Assembly: GCF_902713615.1 (NCBI RefSeq)
Contig: NC_052164.1
Coordinates: 83,427,830-83,491,829 of the forward strand
Source of the DNA: Scyliorhinus canicula
Lineage: Eukaryota
DNA: 64,000 nt
Direction: 5' to 3'
Of this stretch, positions 37,108-48,133 are shown one piece after another. Each line of letters starts with the position of its first letter. Positions within the stretch are counted from its first letter, which is position 1. Under the pieces are notes generated by a model. It saw only the letters and a list, made by a program, of their open reading frames with translations. It did not search any database and was not told the origin of the DNA. A program made the position numbers and the translations under genes.

Positions 37108-37370
37108 ATGTGCTGGGCTCCTCCATCATTGAGGATGGGGATATTTGTGGAGCCTCCTCCTCAGTGGGTTGTTTAATTGTCCACCACTATTCATGGCTGG
37201 ATGTGGCAGGACTGCAGAGATTGGATCTGATGCGTTCGTTGTGGAATCGCTTAGCTCTTTCTATTACATGCTGCTTATGCTGTTTGGCACACAAGTAGTC
37301 ATGTGCCATAGCTTCACCTGGCCTGATGTTGCTCCTGGCATGCTCTCCATGCACTCCTCATTGAACCAGT

Positions 37371-37715
37371 GGGCAGCACGGTAGCATTGTGGATAGCATA
37401 ATTGCTTCACAGCTCCAGGGTCCCAAGTTCGATTCCGGCTTGGGTCACTGTCTGTGCGGAGTCTGCACATCCTCCCCGTGTGTGCGTGCGTTTCCTCCAG
37501 GTGCTCCGGTTTCCTCCCACAGTCCAAAGATGTGCAGGTTAGGTTTTTGGCCATGCTAAATTGCCCTTAGTATCCAAAATTGCCCTTAGTGTTGGGTGGT
37601 ACTGGGTTATGGGGATAGGGTGGAGGTGTTGACCTCGGGTAGGGTGCTCTTTCCAAGAGCCGGTGCAGACTTGATGGGCCGAATGGCCTCCTTCTGCACT
37701 GCAAATTCTATGATC
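37371..37715 (+). mobile_element. HE1-like SINE
   Basis: gggcagcacggtagca..gttcgattcc..gatgggccgaatggcctcc tail. Confidence 0.88.
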
Positions 37716-38048
37716 TAATCCCCTGACTTGGTGGTAATGGTAGTCGAGTGGGGGATATGTCTGGCCATGAGGTAGCAGATTATGGTTGAATACAAGTCTG
37801 CTGTTGCTGATGGCTCACAGTACCTCATGGCTGCCCAGTCTTGAGTTGCTAGATTTGTTCGAAGTCTATCCCGTTTAGCACGATGGTAGTGCCACACAAC
37901 ATTATTGAATATGTGACTCAGAAGTGAGTGTAGAATACAATAATTAATGGAAACAAGCACTTTGAATTGGTTCACTAATATGTTCTTTATTTTTGCTCTT
38001 TGGCCAGTATTGAACCCAGAGTAGATCTGCAGAAGCTGCAATAATGAA

Positions 38049-38490
38049 TCAGCATGGAGCATTCTTATTCTTAAGAGCAACTAGGAAAAATATAGCATTA
38101 AAGTCTGACAGAGTGTTCTGAGATTTGTCAAGACCATCAAAAATTTCCAACTGCTCTATCTCATATCCTACTTCCTTCACAATTTTTCTCAAAAAGGCCT
38201 GATCGAATTTTACACATGAAAACTTGTGATTGTTGACTGTATAAAAGGTCTGGTTCAAAACACCATTCATAATGAGCACCCCGCCTGGTTTTAACAGGGC
38301 GGTTACATTTCTGAGAGCAGCGCAGTAAGCTGCTTTATCCTTACAGGCAACTTCCAGACACAAGGACGTCATCAGACAATCAACAGGTTCCAATTCCACT
38401 GGATCCAGAGGGTTAGTTTGATTGACATCACACTTCAAAACTTGTTTGACGGAATCTCTCAGCTTCTTCTCTTTCTCTGTCCATTTTTCC
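38049..38490 (-). CDS. nnmt: NNMT-like copy D exon 3
   Basis: Acceptor AG 38492-38491; ..KCDVNQTNP..CLEVAC..LLKPGGVLIMNGVLNQTFY..NKNAPC*. Confidence 0.9.
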
Positions 38491-39349
38491 CTGAAAGATA
38501 CAAGCTCAGTGTCTGAGACATGATACTGCAGAGAATCACATTCAATTTATTCCATGTTAAAGGAGATGCCTGGAATTGTGTGCTTCAAACTGATTTCTCA
38601 CAGCTCCCATGTGTTCTTATAATTCCTGGTTAAGGGGTTTCTCCACAGCAACAAACAAGTGGTGACTGTGTTGAGCAAAGAACCTTTGATGGCTGTTGCA
38701 CAGTTAAAGGAGGTACGTTAAAATGAACACCAGCTCAAAAAATAAAGTAAGAACTTAATTGTGTATGATGTCTTTAAGTTTTTTGACTACAAACTGGTGC
38801 ATTTACATAGTGTTGTGACCAAGTTTGGAAGGGTGAATAAATACCTCTATTTTCCATCCATGCGGTTGATTATAACAGAGTTGGATTATTTCTAAACTTG
38901 TGACTTTTATCCAATTTATTACGTACTTCATCAAATGAAAATCTATATGAAGAAATAAGTCAGCCAAACCTCAGCTTAGCTTCGCAATAAAAGTCACACA
39001 CACAATAAGCTCAAGTGGGGGAAGCAGAGTGCTCAAGGGAGGAAAATGAAGGGCTGGAGGAGGAATAAAGACATAAAGAAGAACCTTGATACAGAAAAAA
39101 GTGGAAATAGGTGTGACGTATGCTCACCTGATTTGCACCTCACATACAATTAAGTACAAACATTGTTGCTATGCGTGGAAATATTGATTTTACACACACC
39201 ATGTCACAAGCAATGAGAAAGGATTTTCTTTGATGTTGGAGGGAAGTGAGTTGTCCAGTACACTGAAAGATGTTTGCTAGGTGCAATAATGAAAAAGGAG
39301 GTCTGATAGCCCATCAAACCTCTTGCATCATGCAGTTGCATCATTGTTT

Positions 39350-39572
39350 TTTTAAAATTTAAAGTACCCAATTATATTTTTCCAAATAAGGGGCAATTTC
39401 TGCATGGCCAATCTGCCTACACTGCACATCATTGTGTTTGTGGGGCTGAGACCCACGTAGACACGGGGAGAATGTACAAACTCCACATAGACACTGGCCC
39501 AGCGCTGGAATCGAACCAGGGTCATCAGCGCTGTGAGGCAACAGTGCTAACCACTATGCCACCGTGCCGGCC
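39350..39572 (-). mobile_element. HE1-like SINE (short A-tailed subfamily)
   Basis: tRNA head and core similar to 6444-6660. Confidence 0.75.
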
Positions 39573-40128
39573 AATTGCATCGTAGTTGATCTGAGTTTTC
39601 ACTCTGTCTAACCATCTTGGTCCTGTTACCTTCATAATCCTGGGCTCTATAAGGGTTACCTAAACAATTTAGGATGGCCAACTTAATATTTGACACAAAG
39701 AATCAGAATCTCCAATATTGCAACCTTCCCTTCCAGCCTGAACTCAAGTATCAAGTCTAGAATATGTGCCTGTATCCCAGGGTGGACTTGGAGCCACCAC
39801 ATTTGGACGCAGCAATGAGACTGTCACCAACTGAGACAAGCTGGCAGAAGCAGAAAATTCCAAAAATTAGTTGGTCCGAGTTGCAAATTTGTAAAGGTGG
39901 AAACATTAGATGGAAAGCGTAGGGTTGTTTGATGTGCATTGCCGCAGGCAAATTGAGTAGGACCTGCAAGCAAAGCAGTGAGTAAATTTGCATCTATGGC
40001 TGCAGTACAACCTATATGAATTTTGGAAGTACATGTACCCTGCTGCCTGATCTGGAAATGCTGTGGTGTGAGCACAGCTGGATCACTGTGAGCATTTTTG
40101 AGCACTAGAGCCTTTGGAAGAATATATT

Positions 40129-40320
40129 GGCCAGAATTCTCCAAACGTTGGGATTCACTATTCCGGCTGGCAGCACACCCCCGCCCGCGGGTTCCCCCTT
40201 GGCACGGGGTGACTTCTATGCAAAATCCCATTGACTAGTGGTGGGAGTAGGGAATGTCGATGGCAGTGAATGGTGTGCTGCTGAGCAACATGCGGCTGGG
40301 GGGACCGGAGAAATCGGCCC
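40129..40320. mobile_element. Short Harbinger-type MITE
   Basis: ggccagaattctcc..ggagaaatcggccc; TSD att. Confidence 0.7.
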
Positions 40321-40574
40321 ATTGGCTTTGCAAGCAGTACAGGCTTAATTTTACTAGAATGATAGCACGCACTATACGTGTTCAGCTCAAAGGAGAGATT
40401 GAACAAATTAGGTTTGTTTCACTGGAATTTAACAGGTTCTGTGGTGGCTTGATTTGAAATATTCTAAAGACCAAAGGGAACAGAAGAAGCACATTGGACA
40501 AACCTGTTTTGATTCGTTGGAGAGTCGAAGACGAGATAGCTTTGAATGCAAAATAAAAGCCAGCATCGAAATCC

Positions 40575-40870
40575 ATAGAATAGAATCCTTACAATGCAGA
40601 AGGAGGCCATTCTGCCCATCGAGTCTGCAATGGCCATTTGAAAGAGCACCTGACCTGGGCCCACTCCCTCACTCTATCCCTGTGACCCAGTAAGCCAACC
40701 TAATCTGAACATTTTTGGATTGTGCGAGGACACCAGAGCATCCGGAGAAAACCCGTGCTGATACTGGGAAAAAGTGCAAACTCCACACAGACAGTCACCC
40801 AAGGCTGCAAATGAACCCAGATCCCTGGTGCTGTGAGGCAGCAGTGCTAACCACTGTGGCACCGTGCCAC
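40575..40870 (-). mobile_element. HE1-like SINE, older
   Basis: Head, core and CR1-type tail (catagaatagaat). Confidence 0.75.
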
Positions 40871-41174
40871 CATAAAGGGGAAAAGAGAAAATGCTTAATC
40901 ACAAAGAATTGTAAAGGTTTAGAACTCTTCCACAAATGACAATTGATGCCAAATTGTTGGTTACTTTGTGATTATCATAGTATCAATGTTTCATCAAGTG
41001 AATTAAAATGCCTTCTGGGATTTACAGAGAAACCTTTAAGCGTGTGAGGATACTCAGCACGTGAGCGAGGGTTGCTCAGCACAGGTAGGCAGCACCTTTC
41101 TTTAATTGGACGTTATCTTTTTACCATTCGACTAAGGTGCCCTTAAACTGCAAGCCCTAAATCACCCTAAGCAC

Positions 41175-41394
41175 TGATGTGGAGATGCCGGAGTTGGACT
41201 GGGGTGAGCACAGTAAGAAGTCTTACAACACCAGGTTAAAGTCCAACAGGTTTGTTTCAAACATGAGCTTTCGGAGCACTGCTCCTTCCTCAGGTGAATC
41301 ACTCACCCGAGGAAGGAGCAGTGCTCCGAAAGCTAGTGTTTGAAACAAACATGTTGGACTTTAACCTGGTGTTGTAAGACTTCTTATTGTGCTG
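41175..41394. mobile_element. Penelope-like palindromic insertion with hammerhead-like cores
   Basis: About 90-bp inverted arms 41207-41297 / 41303-41393; 11-bp TSD accctaagcac; empty site in E at about 47538. Confidence 0.8.
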
Positions 41395-41684
41395 ACCCTA
41401 AGCACAGCAGTGATCTCTCATTTAGTAGATCCATTTTTGCCCTGTCACAAGTTGATTTGTTCCTTCTATTTCATTCTGAACAGATTACATTTGTATTTTT
41501 AGGTGGCTGTTCAGATACTTTGGCACCAGCGGAGACCAGTGAATTCAGTGAACTTTGATATCAAACCCAATATTTTCATCGCCAACAAAGTCTCAGTAAC
41601 ACACTGAGCTGAGTATGAACCATCGAGTAGCTATTTATCATTTTGAAAAAAAAACACTCCGGGTTGAAGCAATTTAATGATTAC

Positions 41685-41889
41685 CTGTTGCCTTCCAGTT
41701 CACACACTAATTTTGCAAAGTGGCTCCAGTCAAAAGCTCCCGGATCATTTTTCAGCCACAGCTTAATCTCTTGGCAGTTGCTGCGAACAAAATCGGACAG
41801 AACAATTTCCTCCGCGTGCCCCGAGGCACAGAGAGCGAAGTGGAGACAGGGACCAGATCCAATTTCAAGCAGTCTGCGGAATTTCGGAC
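41685..41889 (-). CDS. nnmt: NNMT-like copy D exon 2
   Basis: Manual translation GPKFRRLLEIGSGPCLHFALCASGHAEEIVLSDFVRSNCQEIKLWLKNDPGAFDWSHFAKLVCELEGNR; AG/GT bounded. Confidence 0.9.
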
Positions 41890-42708
41890 CTGGAAGAATT
41901 TAATCACCTGTCATTAAGTGGGAAATAAAGTGATAAAATCCATATCAAATTGTACTGAAGGATCAGACAAAGGAAGTTTGAGGATCAATTCTCTGTTTGG
42001 ACAGCTTTGCAAGCAGACAGAGGTTTGATTCTTCTCAACCCTCCTGGCTGACAAATCCCAGGTGATGATTACGATGTTGCTCCATAAATTTTGGTGCACG
42101 CTGAATAAAAGGGCCCTTTCTGCATTGAGCTGGGAACAATGGGGGGGGGGGGGGGGGGGGGGGCGTGGGGGGCGGGGGGGGGGGGGAGGGGGGTGAAAGA
42201 TGTCAGTGCAGATTGGGGAGCAAAGTGCTGGAGTGTCCTTGTTCTCTGAGAGAGGGACAACGAGCGGAAAGAGGAAGAATACAAAAGAGGAGGTAGAACA
42301 TGGCAACGTAACCGAATGAAGATGGGAGAGAGGAACATCTTCAGGGGGGAAAGATGAAGATGAGGGGTAATGGAAAAGGCATGAGGCAGGAGACAGAGGC
42401 CAGGATGAATGGGAGGAAGGAAAGGAAGGATTTCTGGGAGGTGGGGTCTGGCAGAGAGTCTGGTGAGGTGGAGTGTGGGATGAAGGTCTTTTTGTTACTC
42501 TGAATTTTAAACTGAGTTTATAAACACATCTCGTGACACAAATACATAATGGTTACACATTCTACGCAGGTAATGGATAAAATCTCTGTACTTATCAGCT
42601 CTTATGTAAAAACTTATACGTTTTTACATTTTGACATGATGCCTGCTTCACATCTCACAGACTCAAAGCCTGTGTGCAAAGTTTATCCCTTGCTGTCTCT
42701 GCTCTTTG

Positions 42709-42996
42709 ATAATAATCTTTATTGTCACAAGTCGGCTTACGTTAACACTGCAAAGAAGTTACTGCGAAAAGCCCCAAGTCGCTCCATTCCAGCGCCTGTT
42801 TGAGTACACAGAGGGAGAATTCAGAATGTCCAAATTACTTAACAGTAGATCCTTCGGGACTTGTGGGAGGAAACCAGAGCACCACGCAGACATGGGGAGA
42901 ACGTGCAGACTATGCACAGACAGTGACCCAACCGGGAATCGACTTGGGACCCTGGCGCTGTGAAACAACAGTGCTAACCACTGTGCTACAGTGCCG
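42709..42996 (-). mobile_element. tRNA-derived SINE ((att)n tail family)
   Basis: HE1-like head plus cttgtgacaataaagattattat tail. Confidence 0.78.
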
Positions 42997-43847
42997 CCGA
43001 AAAGACCTATTTAGATCTCATTGAATACTGTCCGTTATATTAACTCATTCCCAACATTGATACATTTAATCACCCCATGAAATCTCTTAAACGTTTCTCT
43101 TCATTGAAAATCATCCAGTGTATTAATTATTTCTTCATGTTTTTATTTCCGCACAACAAGCAATGTCCCAGCTTTATCCAACTAGTCCTGGATTGTTAGG
43201 TAAACCTGCAGCTTAATTTATGACTACACAGTGACCTTCCCTTCACTGCTGTTCATTCCCCATTTTCATTTCTCCTTTTTCCTCTCCCATCTCATAGCCA
43301 CCCTGCGCAGCTGCCCACCCTTTTCACTGCTATCAATTAGTGCGTATCATCCATTCTTTTCTCCACCTTCCCTCCTAATGTCACCAATATAGTCCCAGGT
43401 TGCCCCTTGAGGAGCCCGGGAACGGATGCTGGCAAGATACTGCTCGTCTTATCCCAATGCGAACTGCAGGGACGTACGTTTGGCAGCTAACTTGCCTTTT
43501 AGGGAAGTGTTTCACACTACTGTAAATAGAACGGTCCAACCCAGGTGGACCGAGGTGGAATCCAAAGTGGATCCAACGTCGCTGCCTGTTCTTGACGCTC
43601 AGGAGATCTGGAACTCGAGAGATGGAGCAGGGCTGCCCTGACCAGACTCTAAACTAGCGGTATTTGCTGTAGATTTAGGAATGTGTTTCAGCCCCCAGCA
43701 GCTGTGCAGTCAAAAAAACCTTCACGTGGAACTTGAATGAAAAAGCACTGGGCAAAACAAACGCACAGTAGAAACGACAGGTTCACAAATGGGGGTGCCA
43801 CCTTTGGGCTAAGAATCTAGTTAATTCATGTCAAAGAACTTACTCAC

Positions 43848-44001
43848 CATTGGAAAATACATTTACCAAATTCTTCAGAGAAAAAGTCAAGAATTCATTT
43901 TCCTGTCGATGTCCAGAGGTTGAATTAAAGTATGTTTCCAAAAAGACCCGGGAGTCAAATTTTTCCTCATAATAGTTGCCATCGCTAAAGCTTATCTCCA
44001 T
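43848..44001 (-). CDS. nnmt: NNMT-like copy D exon 1
   Basis: ATG 44001; 154 nt MEISFSDGNYYEEKFDSRVFLETYFNSTSGHRQENEFLTFSLKNLVNVFSN-G; donor GTGAGT. Confidence 0.88.
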
Positions 44002-44022
44002 TTTATCTCAAACAGAAAACTC

Positions 44023-44059
44023 GACTGAGTGAAGGCGGCGTTGCAGGTTTCCTTTATCA
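44023..44059 (-). promoter_or_regulatory. Putative core promoter of copy D (GATAAA at -32 + Inr)
   Basis: TGATAAAG at the position of the TATA-like box; CTCAGTC conserved. Confidence 0.5.
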
Positions 44060-44144
44060 TTTGTTTTGATGGGGGTGGTGCCTGTATGCAAAAACTGCTG
44101 AGACCCACATCAGTGCAGACAATAGCTCCCTGCACTTGTGGAAA

Positions 44145-44600
44145 GTTCTGGCAAATCCCATGGCTCTGTCATCCTGGCTAGCTTGATCCCGGTCGAAACA
44201 GATGCAGTTGGTGAGCCCTTGCGAAGAGTGCAGCCACCACCTCCTTGATACATTTATGAGTGGAGGCTTGCAAGAACCGCAAAGGTCACATATGGAGCCC
44301 TGCAAGGAGCCGGTTCCATAAACGTTGAGGGCGGATACGGCTTTCATGGCCGGAGGCAGTGGTTGCCCTCCAGGTGGCACCAACGCATGCTGAATGTGCT
44401 CCTGGACAGGTGAAGATTTTGCCAACTCGCGTTGTTGTTCATTTCCAGGAAGTACTGATGCCACCTGTAGACCCTGTGCCATTTAAGGTGCCTCTCTGGA
44501 TAGTGAGCAGGCCCTGCAACCCGTTCCTCATTGGGGTTCTGCTCCTACCTCTGGAGAGCCAGGCGCCTCTGTTGATGTCTTCTCTCCTCGTGACATCCTG
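44145..44600 (-). mobile_element. Decayed PIF/Harbinger transposase fragment
   Basis: GGQPLPPAMKAVSALNVYGTGSLQGSICDLCG..FDRDQASQDDRAMGFA resembles the HARBI1-type ALxFYATGSFQ region. Confidence 0.6.
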
Positions 44601-45749
44601 GAAGAATGATTGCTAGTTTCACAGGCTCTGTCTCTCTGTCTCTCTCTCACTGATCATTCAAAGTGAATGAGGGAGACAGTTAATGGTGAGTTCTCCCCTC
44701 TAAGGGCTGACCCTATACCCATCCACTCCTAGGAACAGCGTATTGACGGACACTGATTACTGTGCTGGCCATCACATTGAGGACCTTTCCGTCAGAATAT
44801 CCCAAAATGGACAAGGCCCCACATCACCCCCTGACTGAGGGACCACAGCTTTGGCAAGATTCCTGTCTCTTGAGCCCTCATGTAAATCACAGACATTTGT
44901 CATTTGGTTCACTCTAAAGGCCCATGCACTATCCTGATATCTTGGGGGAGGGGGGGGGGGGCAGCTGTAAGGAAGCCACAGCACCCGCATCTGATGGATC
45001 AGGGTGCTCTGCTTAGCCTGTTTGCTCTTGCCCTCTGCCGGGGAGGGTGTATGTGTTCACCCTCTCAGAGAATCGTGCAGGGAAAGCATGGCACTCACTG
45101 AGTGGGGAGGGCAACTGCAATGCATTAGCTGTTGAATGTGCAAAAAACTAGTGGCTCAATTATCTCATATAGAAATAAATTTTCTTTGTTGTCAGGCCTC
45201 TCTAATTGAGTAGACATGATCAGCCATTCTCCACTCTGTCACCTCATGCAGCCTCAGGATGGGTCAGTTTTAAGCTTGGCTTTCTTACTTCGTGTCATGG
45301 GATCTCCTTTGCCTACTTGACAATGATGACGGTGCCTCAGATTAAAATCTTATTTTAAGGCAGCACCTCCAACACTGAAAGGCTTCTTCAGTACTGGAAT
45401 GAACCGTCTGTCCAGATATTGTGGTTAAATGCCTGCAGTTGGGCTTTGAAGCCCACCCCCCCACCCTCCCCCACCCCCCAACTGCTGATCCAGAGGCAAA
45501 AATGCCAACAACTGAGCCATGGTTGAGAGCCTATTTAGCCGATGGAGATTGGACAATGGCAATACCTATGAAATGTACTGGAGTGTCAGTCAACATCAGG
45601 TTCTATTGAATATGTGGGTCAGAAGTGAGTGTGGAACCAAACAATCAATGGAAACAAACACTTTGAATTGGTTTAATAGTACGTTCTTTATTTTTGCTCT
45701 TTGGTCAGTATTGAACACAGAATAGATCTGCAGAAGCTGCGATAATGAA

Positions 45750-48009
45750 TCAGCATGGAGCATTCTTATTCTTCTAAGCAACCAAGTAAAATATAGCCTT
45801 AAAGACTGACAGAGTGTTTAGAGACTATCAAAATTTCCAACTGCTCTATCTCATACCCTGCCTCTGTCAAAGTTTGTTTCAAAAAGGCCCAATCAAATGT
45901 TACACATGCAAACTCAGTATCTGAGACAGAATGCCGCAGAGAATCTCATTCAATTTATTCCATGTTCAAGGAGATGCCTGGAATTGTGTGCTTCAAACTG
46001 ATTTCTCACAGCTTTCATTTGTTCTTATAATTCCCAGTTGAGGGGTTACTCCACAGCAAAAACCTAGTGCCGAAGTGTTTTGGGAAGAACATTTGATGGC
46101 TGTTATACAGTTAAAATAAGGAACATTAAAATGAACACCAGCTCAAAAAATAAAGAAATACTTTAATTGTGTATGATGTCTTTAAGTGCTTTGACTACAA
46201 ACTGATGCATTTATACAATGTTCTGACCAAGTCTGGATAAATTCCTCTCTTTTCCACCCATGCGGTTGATTATAACAGAGTTGGATTATTTTTTTAAGTT
46301 GTGATTTTTATCCAATTTATTATGTACTTCACCACGTGAAAATCTATATTCAGAAATAAGGCAGCCGAATCTCACCTTGGGGCACGTTGATTGGTGGTAT
46401 CTCAGACGGATGTGTAAAAACTTTAGAACAGGTCATTATTACAAGGGAGGAAGTGTTTTAAAAAGCATTAAGGAAGACAATTGCCAAGGGAAGATGGCAT
46501 CTATCCCAGGTTACTGAGGAAGACAAGAGATGAAATCGCTGGGCCTCCAACAGAAATCTTTGTGTCCTCGTTGGCCACAGGTGAGATCCTAGGGGATTGG
46601 AGGATAGCTAATGTTGTACCGTTGATTAAAAAGGGATGCAAGGATAACCCGGGTAATTATAGGCCAGTGAGCCTGACGTCAGTGATAGTGAAATTGTTGG
46701 AAAAGATTCTCAGGGGTAGGATAGATGCACATTTGGAAGTGAATGGTCTTATTAGCGACAGACGGAATGGGTTTGTATAGAAAGGGTATAGAAGGATACA
46801 GACGGTTGATCTAGATGGGACACATGATCGGAGCAGGCTTGGAGGATCAAAGGGCCTGTTCCTGTGCTGTATTGTTCTTTGTTCTTTAACCCTGTCTACC
46901 CACCTTGGCCCTGTTACCCCTGAAGCCCTGAGATCTATAAGGTTTACTGAAACAATTAGGATGGCCAACTTAATATTTGACACAAAGAATCAGAATCTCC
47001 AATGTTGCAACCTTCCCTTCCATCCTGAACTCAAGTATCAGTCTAGAATATGTGCCTATATCCCAGGGTGGGACTTGATCTCAATACATTTGGACTCAGC
47101 AATGAGACTGTCACCAACTGAGCCAAGCTGGCAGAAACAGAAAATTCCAAAAATTAGTTTATCCGAGTTGCAAATCTGTAAAGGTGGAAACATTAGATGG
47201 AAACCAAAGGGCTGTTTGATGTGCATTGCCACAGGCTGATCAGGATTATACTTCCAAATTGAACAGGAACAAGAGGCAAATTAGTCACTAAATTTGCACC
47301 TTATGGATGCAGTAGTCTATTTGAGTGTTGGGTGTACATGCAACCTGCTGCCTTATTTGCAAATGCTCTGCTTCAACCTACCTGGGGCACTGGGATTTAC
47401 ATAGAAACCGTTAAACTTGTGAGGACACTCAACAACTGAGTGAGGGTTGCTCAACAAAGAGAGGCAGCATAATTCTTTAATTGGATGTTATCATTTTACG
47501 ACTTGACGAAATGTCGTTAAACTGCAAGTTCTAAATCACCCTAAGCACAGCAATGATCTCTCAGTCCAGTGGATCCATTCTCGCCCTGTCACGGGTGATG
47601 TGATCCTCCTATTTCATTTTTACGTAGCTGCTCGGATACTTTGGCACACCAGAGGAGACCAGTGAACTCGGTGAACTTTGGGATCAAACCCAATATTTCC
47701 ATCTCCCGAAAAGTCTCAGAAACACAATGAGCTGAGTATGAACCATTTAGTAGCTATTTATCACTTTGGAAACGCATACCAAGTCTAAGCAACTTAATGA
47801 TTACCTGTCGTCTTCCAATTCACACACTAATTTTGCAAAGTGGCTCCAGTCAAAAGCTCCCCGATCATTTTGTAACCAGAGCTCAATCTCTTGGCAGTTG
47901 CTGCGAACAAAATCGGACAGAACAATTTCCTCCGCGTGCCCCGAAAAACAGAGAGCGAAGTGGAGACAGGGACCAGATCCAATTTCAAGCAGTCTGCGGA
48001 ATTTCGGAC
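45750..48009 (-). pseudogene. NNMT-like pseudogene copy E (paralog of D): exon 3 remnant 45750-45914, open exon 2 47805-48009, exon 1 not found
   Basis: About 280-bp deletion removes the exon 3 acceptor and 5' part; premature TAG near 45775 and a small deletion; intron homology to D stops at about 50400. Confidence 0.88.
46400..46890 (+). mobile_element. CR1 LINE fragment with 3' tail in intron 2 of E
   Basis: DGIYPRLL..DWRIANVVP..NYRPVSLTS. Confidence 0.85.
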
Positions 48010-48133
48010 CTGGACTATTTAATCACCTGTCATTAAGTGGGAAATAAAGTGATAAAATCCATATCAAATTGTACTGAAGGATCAGCCAATGGGAATTTGA
48101 GTATCAGTTCTCTTTTTGGCCATCTTTGCAAGG

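Larger units (their letters stand above)
34512..37900 (-). mobile_element. Old non-LTR retrotransposon ORF2 fragment (34512-34687, 37108-37900) split by MITEs and a SINE
   Basis: PEVPSF..IKKRLKALDTPKAMG; VWHYHRAKRDRLRTNLATQDW. Confidence 0.6.
38049..44001 (-). other. nnmt: Divergent NNMT-like gene copy D, complement(join(38049..38490,41685..41889,43848..44001)), 266 aa
   Basis: 154+205+442=801 nt open frame; GT-AG junctions; AATAAA at 37991-37986. Confidence 0.88.

Noticed and set aside
34687-37298. Many long Pro/Gly-rich ORFs (up to 379 aa) in all frames
   Set aside because: Artefact of stop-poor G/C minisatellites inside MITEs; no domain signal
3312-44001. Calling the genes PNMT or INMT orthologs
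   Set aside because: N-terminus, length and overall sequence look closest to NNMT; orthology needs a tree, so the nnmt symbol is family-level only
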